DNA of 64,000 nt from Takakia lepidozioides (GCA_030704615.1 CM060732.1:45012001-45076000), one strand, 5' to 3'. Shown: positions 13,220-26,989, numbered from the stretch's first letter. Numbers and translations: made by a program. The notes: generated by a model from the letters alone, not told the origin.

Positions 13220-15263
13220 GAGCGAGCATGTGCAGCAGCAGGGGTTGCAGGGGTATATGTTCTCGGACATAACCTTAAATTTTATGGGGAAGGACTATCC
13301 GCTCTATCGGATTATACTCTTGCAGTCTTCGTACTTCCATTTACTTCTCTCAGGCCCCTGGACAGAGTACAGAAAGCTGCAAATCGAACTGCAGATTGAT
13401 GACCCTTCTGTGAGCGCGGAGGGACTGGAGATTGCCTTCTCCTACATGTATGGTATGAGCCCAGTTTTCATTGGAGATAATGTGATGGCAGCACTGGTCG
13501 CAGGGTGTTTTTTGTTGGATGGAGTTCTGTGACAAGTGTGCAGTGCATTGTAGCCAACTTGAGGGTGGACACTTTTGTTGCTTAGAAGCAGCTGTCCGAG
13601 TGGCATTGCTATGGCTGGTTTGCCGACCTGATAAGAAATGCTTGTTGGACATTATTTGCCCGCATGCATCGCGCGAGGTCGTTCATCTCCTTCCAAAGCT
13701 TTCTTTGCAGGTGCTTCCCACCACTCCACTTCCCTCTTTACACCCCGCCATTCCACCTGATTTAGTAATCTCATCAGCCCCAAGTGTGGCATTCAATATG
13801 GTTGGGGCAATCTGCGGGTGTGCATGTGCATAGCCCTATCCAGGAAGGTCTTTCCATTGCAGTGAGGGTCAAGGTCGGTGGAATTTAGGGGTTGTATGTG
13901 TTGCTCTTGCACATGACTCTGAGTTTGTCATTCAGAATTCTCGGGTGATGTTGAATCTGAGAAGGAAAGAGGTGAACAAGCCTGAGACTCATGACGTGTT
14001 CATCTGGAGAGGAATAATTCACACTGTGCCTTCTAAACTTGGCGAATATGAGGATTCGTTGGGTGCATGTAGTCGGTTGGTCTTAATTACATCAATCGTG
14101 CCTGGAAGTGACATGGAATCTACTGGGGTCATGGAGGAGAATTCTAACGTGCTTGGCACTTGGATGGCACTTACTTCAGGAACCCATGTATGTCCAGATC
14201 TCACCGGATAATCATTGCTACTGAAGTCTTGAGTGGAGAATCATTTTGTCTGAGCTATAGTGATGTGTGCAGATATGTGTCAGTACAGTATCTGCAAAAT
14301 AAAACATTCTTAGGTCACGGGATATGAAATCCCCAGACGTAATTTCCATGTGGATGAAACATTTATGTTCTGGAAATTGGTGGTGAGGATTGGATTTTTG
14401 ACCCCCACCAGTTCGCAAGCATGGGGTCTGGGACACAAAAACATGCACTCATTTTGGCACAAAGATTGTCAGGCAGCACTTTTAATGAGGGAATTGTATG
14501 ATCATACTCTGAAGTGTGAGAGAAGTCAAGAATTTCTGAGGTGATGATGACTGAGACATCAAGAATTGTAGCTACAGCATCCAGTCAACGAATTTGCAGA
14601 TTACTTCATTACCTACAGAGGCAATGGTTTGTCTCTCCCTCTTAGTCATCATGGTTGCCACCTGTGAGAGAGATGATTAGTCACAACCCTTGTTACTTCC
14701 AGCTAGTGAAGCTGGTTTGGCACCTTACTAGGTGGACAACGCGTACAGAGAGACACAGGATAAAAAGGTGCATTGGCAGGGTTTTATGTGTGTCGGTGGG
14801 GGGTTGGATTTACCAGACAGACAGGTAGGTACTAAGAGGGACTGAATAATAATGCTTGTGTGGCTGATCTAGCTCGTTTGGGGAAATAGTCCTTGTGTAG
14901 GTGTTATGCAGGCTGTTGAAATCAGATGAACTGTGGGTTCTCAGTGAATCATAGTGCAGACTGGAAGTTAGCACGTGTGAAACCCACTGATTTTGTTTCA
15001 GAATGCCCAGGTGGAAAAGGTGAAAGGTCAACACTCACTCCAACGGGAAGGCTGCGTGGAATCTGACAGTCATGAGCAACAGCAACAAGAGAAACACAAT
15101 GAAGGCTGGGGCGATTGCAAAGGCTGAGAAGAAGTAAAGGGAGGCTGCTGCTGCTGCTGCTCTCCCATTGATAGAGGTGGCGAAGGAGGCCAGCTTGCAG
15201 ACAAATGAGGCTGTATATGAGACAGACCTAAAGAAGCTGCAGATGTTATGGGAGGTTGATTAG
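13220..15263 (+). pseudogene. BTB/POZ (germ cell-less-like) protein pseudogene
   Basis: FSDITLNFMGKDYPLYRIILLQSSYFHLLLSGPWTE...IDDPSVSAEGLEIAFSYMYG BTB, then BACK-like FCDKC..IVANL..RNACW. In-frame TAG at ~13583 in both copies plus frameshifts. 3' extent uncertain. Confidence 0.75.
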
Positions 15264-15312
15264 CCATTGAGAGGTGTGTGTATGTGTGTGTGTGTGTGTG
15301 TCTCTCTCTCTC

Positions 15313-15630
15313 GCCTATGTCCAGCTTGCATAGGGCGCTGCAAGGAAATTGAAACTGAAGAACACTTCTTCTACTGCCCTCTATACTACGAGATCCGTGG
15401 GAGATTTCACTGTTTATTCAGTGGAACCCAAACTCTCACTGATGTCTTTCACTATGAGGATCAAAAATGCGTGGCAGCCTACTTACAGGCCTTCACCCTT
15501 AGACAATCGCTAGAACATTAATTGTGGTTTCTGGATTTGTTCCTCTCTCATGTTTTCTTCCATTTTGTCCCATAAGCTCTACGAGCTTTCCGCGGACGTT
15601 ATAAAGCACCATTTCATTTCATTTCATTTC
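15313..15630 (+). mobile_element. 5'-truncated LINE tail (CCHC knuckle, 3' hairpin, (ATTTC)4 tail) in a CT microsatellite
   Basis: C..EIETEEHFFYCPLYYEIR knuckle, hairpin GTCC..AAGCTC-TAC-GAGCTT..GGAC, (ATTTC)n tail, tctctctc on both sides. Confidence 0.8.
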
Positions 15631-17137
15631 TCTCTCTCCCTCTGAAAATCCCGAGGCTGAGCCTACAGCCCTGGCACTGTTGGGGTCTAATTGCCGGGCA
15701 GCTCAGACACAGCAGATTTGTGTGAGGGCTTTCTAGAGGATATCTTGAAAGCCTGAACCAATTGTTTATATCAAGGTAAGCCATCCCACTACCGGAATGA
15801 GCCCTTCACAAAGGTAGTGTCTGTTCCCTCTTGTTCTGCCCACACTGGGTGCTGGGTCTGTGGCCACAAGGCTACAACAAACAACGTCTCATGTACATTG
15901 TCTCCTCTCGAGTACAGGACTTGTCCAATGGTACAAGTGGAGACAGAAGATCCTGTTTTCTTCTGGTGCCCTATTTTCTCGGAGATCCCTGGCAGAGGCC
16001 TTCAGGGGACCCAAAGAGCCCTGTATGAGACAGTCCTTGTGCAGCATTATTTTCCTTGCTCTTGGTTTCTGTGATACTGCACAGAGAGGAAAGGGAGCTT
16101 GCAATTGCCCATTGTGTGGGCAACCTGAAGACTATTCATTTTCTGATTCTTATTGTGTTCTCTCACCAGAGAGATGCTCTTTCAAGTTTACGAAGGGAAT
16201 TGTGCCTGTACCTCTGGTTATCAACTTTGAAAGAGTTGATGCTGACCAAAAGCCCAGGCCCTTTTTGGGCCCCAAACCACATACAGCAGGTTGACGCATC
16301 TGGAAAGGGATTTCTAGAGGATAGCTGGGAAACCTAGATCAATAATTGTTTATTCAAAGGTAAGTCTTACTAACGGCATCAGCCTTTGACAAACGTAGGT
16401 TCTGCCCCTTTGTGTTCCGCTCAAACCGGGCGCGGGGTCAATGGCCACAAGGCTAACAAAAACAACGTCTATGAGTACATTCTCTATCTATGTCCCGTGC
16501 TGATACTGGAAGGCTATAGCAGCAGTGGTTTAATGAACGTCATACTCTGCACGATCGATGCTCTCTAGTATGAATAATACTCTTTCCCTTCGAACCTGCT
16601 TGCTGGCTGGTATATCAGTGGGCTCAACCCCCCCAACCAGGTATGTCATATCAAACGTTCGCAGGAACGATGGGGATACACAGAGGCGGTCATAGCAAGG
16701 AGATGTGAAAACAGATGTGCAGGACATCGACATTGGGGTTGAATAAACAAACAGAAGAAACGTCAGGCAGTGAACAAGTGACACACACAAATGCTGCTGA
16801 ATAGATGAGGATCAGGGATTGTGGAAGTACAGAAAGATCAGGGAGCTGCAATTAGCACTCGAGAAACTCAACTACCAACACCTAATCCCCATTGAAGCAA
16901 CGAAGCAACCTATATCCAGACAGAGCAAGCAACACTGGTAACGGTAAGAGTAGAGAGACAATGGCATACGATTGACCTGCCAAAACCAAAGAGAGAGGAC
17001 GCTGACAGGGGCCTATGAATGGCAGTATCGAGTATCGAATTTGACCTCTGCTTCAGACTCGAGCTACCGAGTCTTGTTCTGGAAATTTTCCTTTGCCATC
17101 CAGTATTCCTCATGATCCCTGCAAAGACAGCACTGAT

Positions 17138-17163
17138 GGGTTTAGGGTTTAGGGTTTAGGGTT
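17138..17163 (+). repeat. Interstitial telomeric repeat GGG(TTTAGGG)3TT at the duplication junction
   Basis: gatgggtttagggtttagggtttagggttcagac; absent at both parental sites (391-410 and 33971-33990). Confidence 0.95.
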
Positions 17164-18661
17164 CAGACTTCTTGGTCCTGCCACCATATTACGTGTTGAA
17201 CTTATGGCCATCTTCGAAGCACTTTATCTGATAGATGCATTCCCTCTTTCATACTACATCTTTACAGATAACCTTACCTCACTGTTGCTTATCCGGAATC
17301 ACATCTTCCGTCCCTCCTCCCACCATCATCACCCAGACTGCAACCTCAATACAACCATTGTCAACCTCGTTATTTCCAAGGGCCACCATGTCCACCTCCT
17401 CAAGGTTTGCTCACACACTAGCATCCAGGGTGATGAGGCTGTGGACATGTTTGCTCAAACATGCACCTCTAAACCCCCAGTGGACTCCACAGACGATCCT
17501 ATTCACATTGCTCATACCCGTCCCTTCTGGTTCATACACCCAGTCCCAGATCCCCCCACACCCAGACCGTCCGTAATCTTATGACCACTCACACCCGTGG
17601 AGCTAACAAACAAGCCATAACATCTATAAGCCACACCAAAGTCACATTCAGAAAAGGACCCAGTCCATAGTCCTCCATCATGAGCTATCAAACCACTTTT
17701 GGCACACCAAAGCCACTACTGATGCACAAATCCGATAAACACTCAAATTCAGATACATCCAATACATGGGCCACCAGCGTAAACACATCTTCTGGCCACA
17801 TCTTTTCCCATCCCTATATTGCCTATTATGCTCAAATACCCACCATACGCGACACCTGGCCACACCTCCTTAGCCAATGTACCCATCCAATCATTCATGG
17901 CTTTCATATCACCCTCCACAATTACACAGTCTGGCAGATCTATAAACTCCTTCTGAGCCGCGCTGAAAGCAGGTGGTTCTCATTCATTAACGCCAGCACC
18001 TACCAAGGCCGACTGCCAGACCACACTCTACCACCATGGTTGCTCCCATGTACATGTACCCGCCCACCATGCACCTGCCCCGCCAGACTCTGCCCTGATA
18101 TTCTACTTGTCCAAGGCCTACCCACTAACACCCCACCACCCACTACACCATCCCCACAACTCACCATCCACTTCATCAAATTTACATATTGTCATGATCG
18201 CTACCCCAATGACTCGATCTTGGAAAAACGACAAAAATATGTTTTGCTCATCCTTGCAATTCGCCGTACGGGCTGGATTACCGGCCCACTAACTGTCATC
18301 ACTACCAGAATTAGAGGCCGCATACATAATGCCAGTATCAACGTTATACATAACAACTTCAAAATCCCCATCCCCCATTCATAAATGTTTCAAAACAATC
18401 CACCTCACGGCACTCCGATCCTTCACAGCTATTATTACCAACAAACGGCAACTGGAATCCAACTCTACATCGGTACCCTAGGTACCTAGGGTACCGCTGG
18501 GTCCCTTACGATACCATAAATGCCTCTATACCCTCGGTTACTTGGTGTCCTACATGACACCTATTCTCTTATAGGGCCCACCCCCGAAAGGGGGCAGTAG
18601 CCGTAAGGTGAAGTGGCTCTTAATTATGTCGGCTTCGGCCGGAATCTTCTCTCTCTCTCTC
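17163..18661 (+). mobile_element. Duplicated copy of the Dualen-like LINE 3' part
   Basis: ORFs 17204-17584 and 17680-18384 match copy 1 (one N/S difference); same 3' cassette. Confidence 0.8.
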
Positions 18662-18932
18662 AAGACAATGCACATTGCAAACTGTCGTGGGAGATAAACA
18701 GTGTCTTTGTCAGAATTGCCAAGTGGGGGGCAAGAGATGAAAGCGTTGGCCAAGGCTTTCACTAGCGGATATACACAGCTCACCATGGATACCGGACGAT
18801 TGAGATGAGAGGAACATTTCAAGTGGGAATGAAAGTTTGTAATCGCAGTGATGATTACCAATAAAGAGGCACACATCTACAAACTACAAACCTACTTGCC
18901 TTTTGTCCTGTTGCTCCATCTTAGGTACTAAC

Positions 18933-19737
18933 CATTGTTGGCCGGGTACCATGTTTTGAGCCCTCTTCCGGTCCCGGTTATGGCCTACTCCTTGAAAAAA
19001 GTGGATGGCCGGGGCAGGGTATAACAACAGGTTTGAAAAACATCTCGGTTACAGGTTCTAATTAAACACATGAATTTTTTCTTGTCCGGTTCTCAATCTA
19101 CCGGTTATGCCATCTTAAAAATTGCCGGTTCCATGGTACCGGTTATGGGATTCATCCATTTTTACTTTTTTACTTTTTTCTAGCATTTTTGTGTATGTGT
19201 GTAAAACTACAAAGGGATGTGGCATGGTGGTAAGCCACTCATGTATTGGCCTGTGGGTCTCGGGTTCAAAAGTTCAACCCCTACCATCTGTCTCTCTGCC
19301 TTCAGGCTGCCCTGTAATACTCTAAGTTTATAACCATTGTTTTAGCCAAATGCTCAACTAATTAATTTCCTATTTACTTGGGCATTCTCAATGTTGTGCA
19401 CCTAATCTCCTCAACCATTGTAAACGTATTGTTACTAGTAAGACATAATCAGGATATGTCCATATGCAATAATCTTAACTGCCATCACCAACCCCTATAC
19501 CTATATTATCTAGAACCGCCTCTACGCCATGCACATTTGCTCTGGATCCTGCTCCGGTATAACACCCTTACAATTCCGATGCCGGTTGTCTAGCCGGTTA
19601 GGAAGCTCGATGGCTTTTGCCGGTTCCCTTCCATAGCCGGTTCCTCCTGGGGCTGCACTTTCCGGGTATGCATATGTGCATAACCGGCAAATAACTGTCG
19701 GGTATGCATGTGCAGATGCCATACCCGGCCAACACTG
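18933..19737. mobile_element. Non-autonomous hAT element, duplicate copy
   Basis: Same TIRs and GTACTAAC TSD (18925-18932, 19738-19745). Confidence 0.92.
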
Positions 19738-21749
19738 GTACTAACCGCATTGTATGTTATACTTGGAGATGCAGGGCCTTGCTGGTACCAGTACCAACTA
19801 AGTTAGGTTGATACATCAACTTGGATAGGCTATCGCCACCACAGTAGCCATGACTGTTGTGTAGTGGCTGGGCGGCAGGGACATGACAATTTGTGAGTGC
19901 AGCTGGAATGATGGGACCTACTCTTGTGCACTTCTGAATCTAATTAACAACCCACTGTACCTGCTACCCACCTTCTTAGGTCAAATTGCAGATGATGAAT
20001 CATAAAGACAAACGGATAGCTCTGGATTGATACCACAATGGATGACCATGAACTTAAATACTTAGAATCTGTGGTTTCCTTTTCATGGAAAAGAGGAACG
20101 CATGTGCTTCCACTGAGTAGCAAACTCTTCCCACACGCATCTTCCTTCTTACTTCTGTGACTGCCCGCCACCCTCAAATCTGAGGTGGGACTCCAGGTGG
20201 CTACTAACCGAATGGTGGCTAGGTACAAATGTTCACCCCAGACTGCGTAGTATTGAAGTGTACAAAAAATTATGAATACAAGATAGATGAATGAAGGCAC
20301 TAGTTGGGAGCTGGAAGGCTGTTAATTTACCCAAAGTTTGAAATCCATCTGCAGCGGGCATGGGCAGCAACTTCGCATGTAGCTGCCAAGGCCATGCATG
20401 TAATCTTCCTTGAGTGTAACATCTTGCAATGTCTCATAAGAGCTTTACACTGTAATGACCAATGGTGAGATAGTTATGCTTGTCATATGCCAGCCCCCCA
20501 CACCCTCCTCTTTCTCACTGCCTTTCCAGTCTGTCATAATTGAGCCATGATACCATAGCACACATCATCAATGTGTTGGTCTGCGTCCATCTCAGCTGCC
20601 TCAGCTGCTTAGGCATCTTCAAGCAGAGTCTGAGGCTGCACTAAAGCTTAAACAACATTTGAGAGGAAGAGACATTCAAAATTTATCATCACACCTACAT
20701 TTTGCAACTCAAAATAGTTGTTTTTCCCTGAGGAGATGCAATTCATGGCTGTATGTAAATCGTAACCAAGAGGGCCACGTGACCAAAGATCACTCATCAC
20801 TATCATCAATGTCCACACAGTCTTTCACCAGCTGCTTCTGCCGGACAGCAGCCTCTAGCTGGCGGAGCTCATCTATGCCCTGCCATAACCTTCTATCACT
20901 AACAAGCTTGCTTTCCATTAGCCGCGCACTGCAGCCTGTGTACAAAAATAATTCACTCACTCAAAATAAAGTGCAGAACAGATTGATGCAAACAGCTCTA
21001 CTTACTCCTGTAGAGCTCAAGTGAGGAACAACCTCAAACTCTAAAGAATTTTGGCAAACAAGATCAAAAGAGCCATGGCTTCCTCATGACACTTAGTACC
21101 TAATATATTCACCTAATATTCAAAAACAGGAAAAAAAGAAAAACCCACCAGCACTCTAACTGCACATCTCAATGAAAGAACAAAGAGGGAACTTTGTAAG
21201 GTCCATGAAATACCATAAAGAGCTTACGGATAGTCACATAAGAAACAAAGAAACAAGAAACAAGTACAAACTAGACGAGACATCATCACTTTTCCTTCCA
21301 CTATCAATCTTAATTGCACCCTTAAGATATCCACAATTTTTATATCCTTGAGTTTAGGATATAAGATAGGTGGAAACATTACCTGCAGCGGCACATTGAC
21401 ACGAACCCTCTGTTTTGTGCCTCGCTAAGTAGCTTGTGGCCACCCCTCGATCATAAATATGATGACAATCCTCACAGCAGTTCATTCCAAGCTTAATCCA
21501 GGTACCTGATGGTCCAACTCTCAACATGATGGCCCAACGCTTCTTCGCTTCTTGAGGAAGAACTATACCATAGGATGGTCCAAAGCTCAAGTTCTTCCGA
21601 AAGAAAGCAGCCGAGGGTTCTTGGGCAATTCAAGAAAACTGTGATCAGTAATCTCTGATATCATCATTGAAGATGCCTTTCTACCCTACACTTCCATTCA
21701 TTTATTTTGTGCTTCCCTATCTCAGACTGGTTGGCTACATGTCTTGTTC

Positions 21750-24700
21750 CCTCATACACAGCTGCGCAAGGCTCCCAGATTGGTTGTCTCCACTGCACCT
21801 GTCGTGTTCCACCAAGCCTCGATGATAGCAAACTTAACCTCCGCGTCATCAAATGTAGGTGCATCCTTCCACGCCGTACAAAGGACACGGTGTTCAACTT
21901 GGAATGAGCTAGCAACAAATTTGGTAGTGTAGTGAGATCCAATGGAATCCACAGGATCTCTCTTTCCCCTCCATTGGAACATTGGGGTCCTCACCGTACA
22001 CACGCTGCACCGTTGCCCAGTTGGCCCGAGCGTTGTCTGCCATGAATCCCCTCAAATTGGGCTCTGGCAAACCTACCCTTGCCATCTGCTAAGTGTGGGA
22101 ACAGATTCATCCAAGAGGGCCAGATTTCAAGCACAAGATTACCTATGATTCCCTGTGGCTCAATAGCTTTATGCCCTCCCACAGATGCATCTCCGACTGT
22201 GTGTCCTCCCCTTTCATCTCCCAGATTGCAATCGTGATGAGCCTCTTGGAGTGATAGTTATAAACATGCGCACCCATGGTCACCCACTGATGGTTTGTAA
22301 TTCACTTGATGTGGTCAAACATCACCCAAACATTCCAATTGTCATGCGAGTGACCAACTCGACTCGACTCCCAGGCCCATACGTTGACATTTTAAAAATG
22401 TAACAACGATCGGATTCGCTACCTTGCCTTGGAAACCTGCTACCTTGGATGTAGTCATATCCAGTCCTCCGTTTCACCTCCAGGATTGAGTGCATGTCCG
22501 ACACTCGGCCGAACTCCTGCTTGCAAGATACGATATGATTCCGCATATTCGGACTACAAACGTGCGAGACGGACTCCAACAGGTCAAACATATCCTCTTC
22601 GTTCAAGGGCACTCGGTTTAAACCCTCTTCAGACATGATTTTTCCAAGAGCAATCTTGTGGCTACCTTGAGCTGAATATGCTTTGGTCAGGCTCCGGGGC
22701 TCAATTTCACCTCATCTTTTATGATGTCGTGTGCTTCCTGCAGAGCCTCCCGGATGTTGCATCTCACCAAAGGGTGGCAGTGGACCCCAACGTGTATGCA
22801 AGCTCTAGTCAAGTCCGGGAGCAAATGGATTACATAATATTGCTTGGCTCTGCACATGGACATGCACGTCGGTGGTTCTTTGCAATGTGCGCACTTGAAA
22901 GTACCCGTCGGAGCTTGGCTGGAGACAATGAATGGATGATGGGTTGTGCCAATCCAATCCGTCTTGTTTCTCCGCCCTCCTTTGGAGAGAGAAAGTGGAA
23001 GCAGGGGGGATTGAGGCACTGCAACTTCCCCGCACAGAGGACGTATCGTACACGAACACCATCAGCAATTTTCGTGCTACTGGTCTTCGTCACACACCAG
23101 GGGTGTCCGTGATGCTTTCGATCCCTGTCTGTTAACATCCATGAGGCTTTGTTTGACGAAGTAACACGTGGAAACTCAAAGATCATATTACCATCGACTT
23201 CGAGAGGCAGATATGTTACCTTCATAACTGGAAATTTGGCATAGTCGAGAGCAGCCAGCTCGGAGCGAGAACCATCGAGGGTGATGTTGCCGTAGGAGCT
23301 GCATAATGGACCGAGTTGGAGCTATGCTCGAGAGTACATGCGTAGCACCTGCAGAGACGTCCATGTCGGATTTGAACGACCGTGTGGAGGACATGGGGAC
23401 CTCAATGCACTCATTTCCTCGTCGGAAATGTCGAATACCTCCACACGAGAAGCTATGGAGGGTCTTGATGGTCCAGGTTGGGAATGATTATCGTTGCATA
23501 CCTCTCTATTGGCAGTGGCCGCCTGTCGGTTTCCCGACTCCTTTGTGAATGGTGTCGGAAGCGACTGATTCGGAAAGGGAATGGGCATTCCCACAGCTCG
23601 GTACAAGATGGTGTCTGATGGAGGTAAGTGCCACGCGATTCCGCAACCTCCGTCGTTACCTAGCACGACAATGGTCTCATCAACCTGTCCAGGAACATCC
23701 TTCCTTGCTTCTTCCAAATAAAGTGTGCCTGGTTTGAGCTTGAATTTGGAACAAGGTAAGTTTCAGTCACTCCGCAAAGTCCTCCCTCGTTTGGGATCCT
23801 GGCTCTCCCAAGTTGCGGAGGACAGCAAACTATAGTGTATGAATTGGGAGCGATCGAACACCGCACGAAGTTGGCAAGTATGAGACAACAACAGACCAAG
23901 GCTTAGTGACACCACATAATTGGAATTGCCGAGGCCATCGACGATTGGAAGTCGCACATTGAAATCGAGCAGAATGTTTCAAGATACATGCATGAAGGTG
24001 GGAGGTGTGATTCCATATCCTATATGTATAACAATGATGGCCATGTCGGCGACGAAATAACATCTCCTGACAGTTTTTCCTGAGGGTGGATCCAACAGTA
24101 TTCTCGGTGCCGACATGAACGTTCACACTGACAAGTAGGCCTGGGCCCTAGCCTGAATCCACGGCGCAAACGCCATGCAGGGCGGCCTGGAGGGAGTGCA
24201 GCTGCGATGGCGGCAGAGCTCGGGGCTCGAGAAAACGCCACGAGGGGTGGGCCAAACCTAGGGCGGGGGTTTGAGAGGGTTGAGGGTGGAGTGGCCCCCC
24301 ATGAAAGCAAGGCCGGGTAGCCAGAGGAGCTCCCAAACCCTGCGCCCTTCTGGGCTACGGCTCCAAATATCTTAGGCCTGCAAGCTATGTCAAAGGTGTG
24401 CCATTTGAAGTCTTGGGCAAGGAACCTAAGGATGCGGTGCATTGGCTGATTGGCCTCAAAGTTTTTCGGGGACTTTCATATGGAAGCCCTGATTTCAACC
24501 GGAGGTTAGGGATTGACTGGCGGCTGATTTTTTTTGTATAATTTTAGGCAAAGAGATTTTGGCCTGCCCAAAGAAAATGGCATATTTTGACCCCCCAATT
24601 TGTCACTACAAAGGAGCCCACTAGAGAACATTTCAGAAAAAACTGAAATTTTATGAGGATGTGTGTTATCAGGTATGGAGCAACATTCTTGAGACTCTCA

Positions 24701-24982
24701 AACAAAAAAAATTAAAAATGCCCAAATACGAGCAAAAAACTGCTTTTTTTGGCACCTAGTTCTTAGTGGAGATTTTTTTGGTCCCCACTCTACACTTTAT
24801 AATCTTCAGATCTGGCAGTTGGATTTTGGTGAAACTTTTTGTGGTAGGAGGTGGGGTAGGTGGAAAGTAATTCCAACGGTCAGTTTTACAGGGACACAGA
24901 GATTCTCTAGATAAAAAAAAAATTGTGGGCCAGAGTCATGTTTTTCCACGAGAGGGTGAAAATGAGTTTTGACACTTGAGGG
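21750..24982 (-). mobile_element. Duplicate of the GCM/MULE-like transposon, with extra frameshifts and a 75-bp insertion
   Basis: Homologous to 4990-8152; TTAA at 24983-24986. Confidence 0.75.
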
Positions 24983-26989
24983 TTAAGTGAATGTCGAACA
25001 AAGGTGTTGCAATTACAAGCAATGGTCAGTCCCATTTCAAATTGTATACCAAGCACAACCCATCACAACAGGAGGCCGTGGAGGGCTTACAGCGGAGTCT
25101 CGTCTTGATGTTGTTGTCAGTGAAATACACACTAATATACCTCTATGAAGGTAATTGCAGACAGAACAGTTGCGAAGACACAAAATTCAAATTAAGTTTC
25201 CTTTTAATTTAATTCAACATTCTGTTATTCTCCTGTTCAAAAAGCATCTTCCAATCTTGAGATTCCCCGAAGGTCATCCATCTCCTCGGATGCATTCATT
25301 CATCCATGTATTGCTGGTTGGAGGAGAAGGGTATGCTGGCAAACCTCGCGAGTCCGAGTCTTCGCGACGTGAGTTGAGAGGAGCACGAATACCTCATAGT
25401 GATTCTGCAACCTGTGATCAGCAAGGTATGTGTTTCGATCTAGTCATATGCTTTCTTACCTTGCTTCTTATTTTTTTCTTCCTTTACACAATTGTTCGTC
25501 ATCTGCTTGTGCTTGCACTTCGCTGCATCAGTTTCCTCGAGTGCATATCCTCGGACGATATGTGTTGTACTGTTAACGCTATTTTTCTTTACTTCCTTGT
25601 CCTGTCTTTAAGGCTTCTGCGGTTACCCTAGCGGTTTTCGTTCCGACTACATATGTGTTATTTTGCTCGGGGTTTGTGGTCCGTGGTGTTTCATGAGGGT
25701 ATAGTCGCAACAATTGAAATGTCTAAGATTTCTTATTTTATTCTCTCATTCTATCCTATGGAGCATTTCTGCCGACCTTGCCGTGCTGGCCTTTGTTGTG
25801 CCTGCAGTCCGCCCGTTTGAACCGTAGGATTGCATACAATCCCCGTTTTCATTTCCTTGTCTTTTCTCGGATGGAACATCTTCCGCCTTGCAATACCCTC
25901 GTTTGGTCGGTGCCCCCTTTGTGTTGAGTCTCGCTTGGTGCGTGTGCGTGTCTGTGTTCCTAGTATAAATTGTCTCGCTAAGAGGGAGAGAAGAGGGGGG
26001 GGGAGGTATGGCAGCAGGGCCAGAGAGTGAGACCTACCGCAGGCCAATGTGAAGAGAATTGTGAAAGGGAAGCTTGCGGAGCTCGCCCGTGCGCACTGGG
26101 AGGAGAGAAGGATATTCCTGTGAATAAGGACGCTCTTCTTGCCTTCTCTGAAAGTGCCAAGATCTTCATCCACTTTTTTTCCGCAACGCACGTCTCTCTG
26201 TTTTGTCAAAGATATCTTCCCGCTCATTTTCTGACTCGCATTGTGTCCTGCCCACAATCTCTACTGTGGCTGTGTTTTTCTGTCTCTGCATGTGGGCTTC
26301 TTTCGTTCTTTCTTCCACAACTAGATATGAATCATAGAATGAATCAAAGGATGCTTGCTGTTCTTACCACCATCCCTGCGGATTAGACCTGATGTGTAGA
26401 AGTAGGCAAAAGACATTTCTGAAATGGAATCTGCATTGTTGTTGTCTTGGTTTTGTGTAGAGTATGATTGTGGCATACGTTGACATACATATCTTTTTAG
26501 GTACTTTGCTGTGCAGTTTATGAGAAAGTGAAATTAGGAACTTGAACAAGTGCAATTTGTTGCCTATTCTTCCCCTAGAGACCTGAAATCTCCTAGAGTC
26601 CACCAAAGCCATGCCCTTCTCCAAGCAACTTATAACTCCTGCAGGATAAATCGGGTATTGTTTGACATTGTCATAGGTGTGCCATGACTTTGGTGTCTCG
26701 CAGGTATCTGGACCATCTCTTGTTAACTCCAGTACAAGTTTTTGAGCACCAACCCTCTGCCCTCCCCGAATCAACTGACTCAGGTTGTCTTCCCCACACT
26801 GTGTCATAAGACAAAAACAAAGGTTGGTTTCCCTTCTTTTTTCCTTCACTGAATAATCTGGCTTAGAGTGAAGATCCCCACAGCCCCTGTTTCTCAGAAA
26901 GCCAGCTCGGCCTTTGTGGAAACAACCTCTAGTACTCCAGATCGACCTCGAGACGAGTACTATATCTCTGCAAAATATCTGCATTGAGA

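Larger units (their letters stand above)
398..17141 (+). repeat. Copy 1 of ~16.75-kb tandem segmental duplication
   Basis: Sequence from 398 (tcagacttcttggtcc) recurs at 17163, offset 16765 (ORFs 439/17204, 915/17680). Identity runs to ...cactgatgggt at 17141/33979. Confidence 0.97.
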
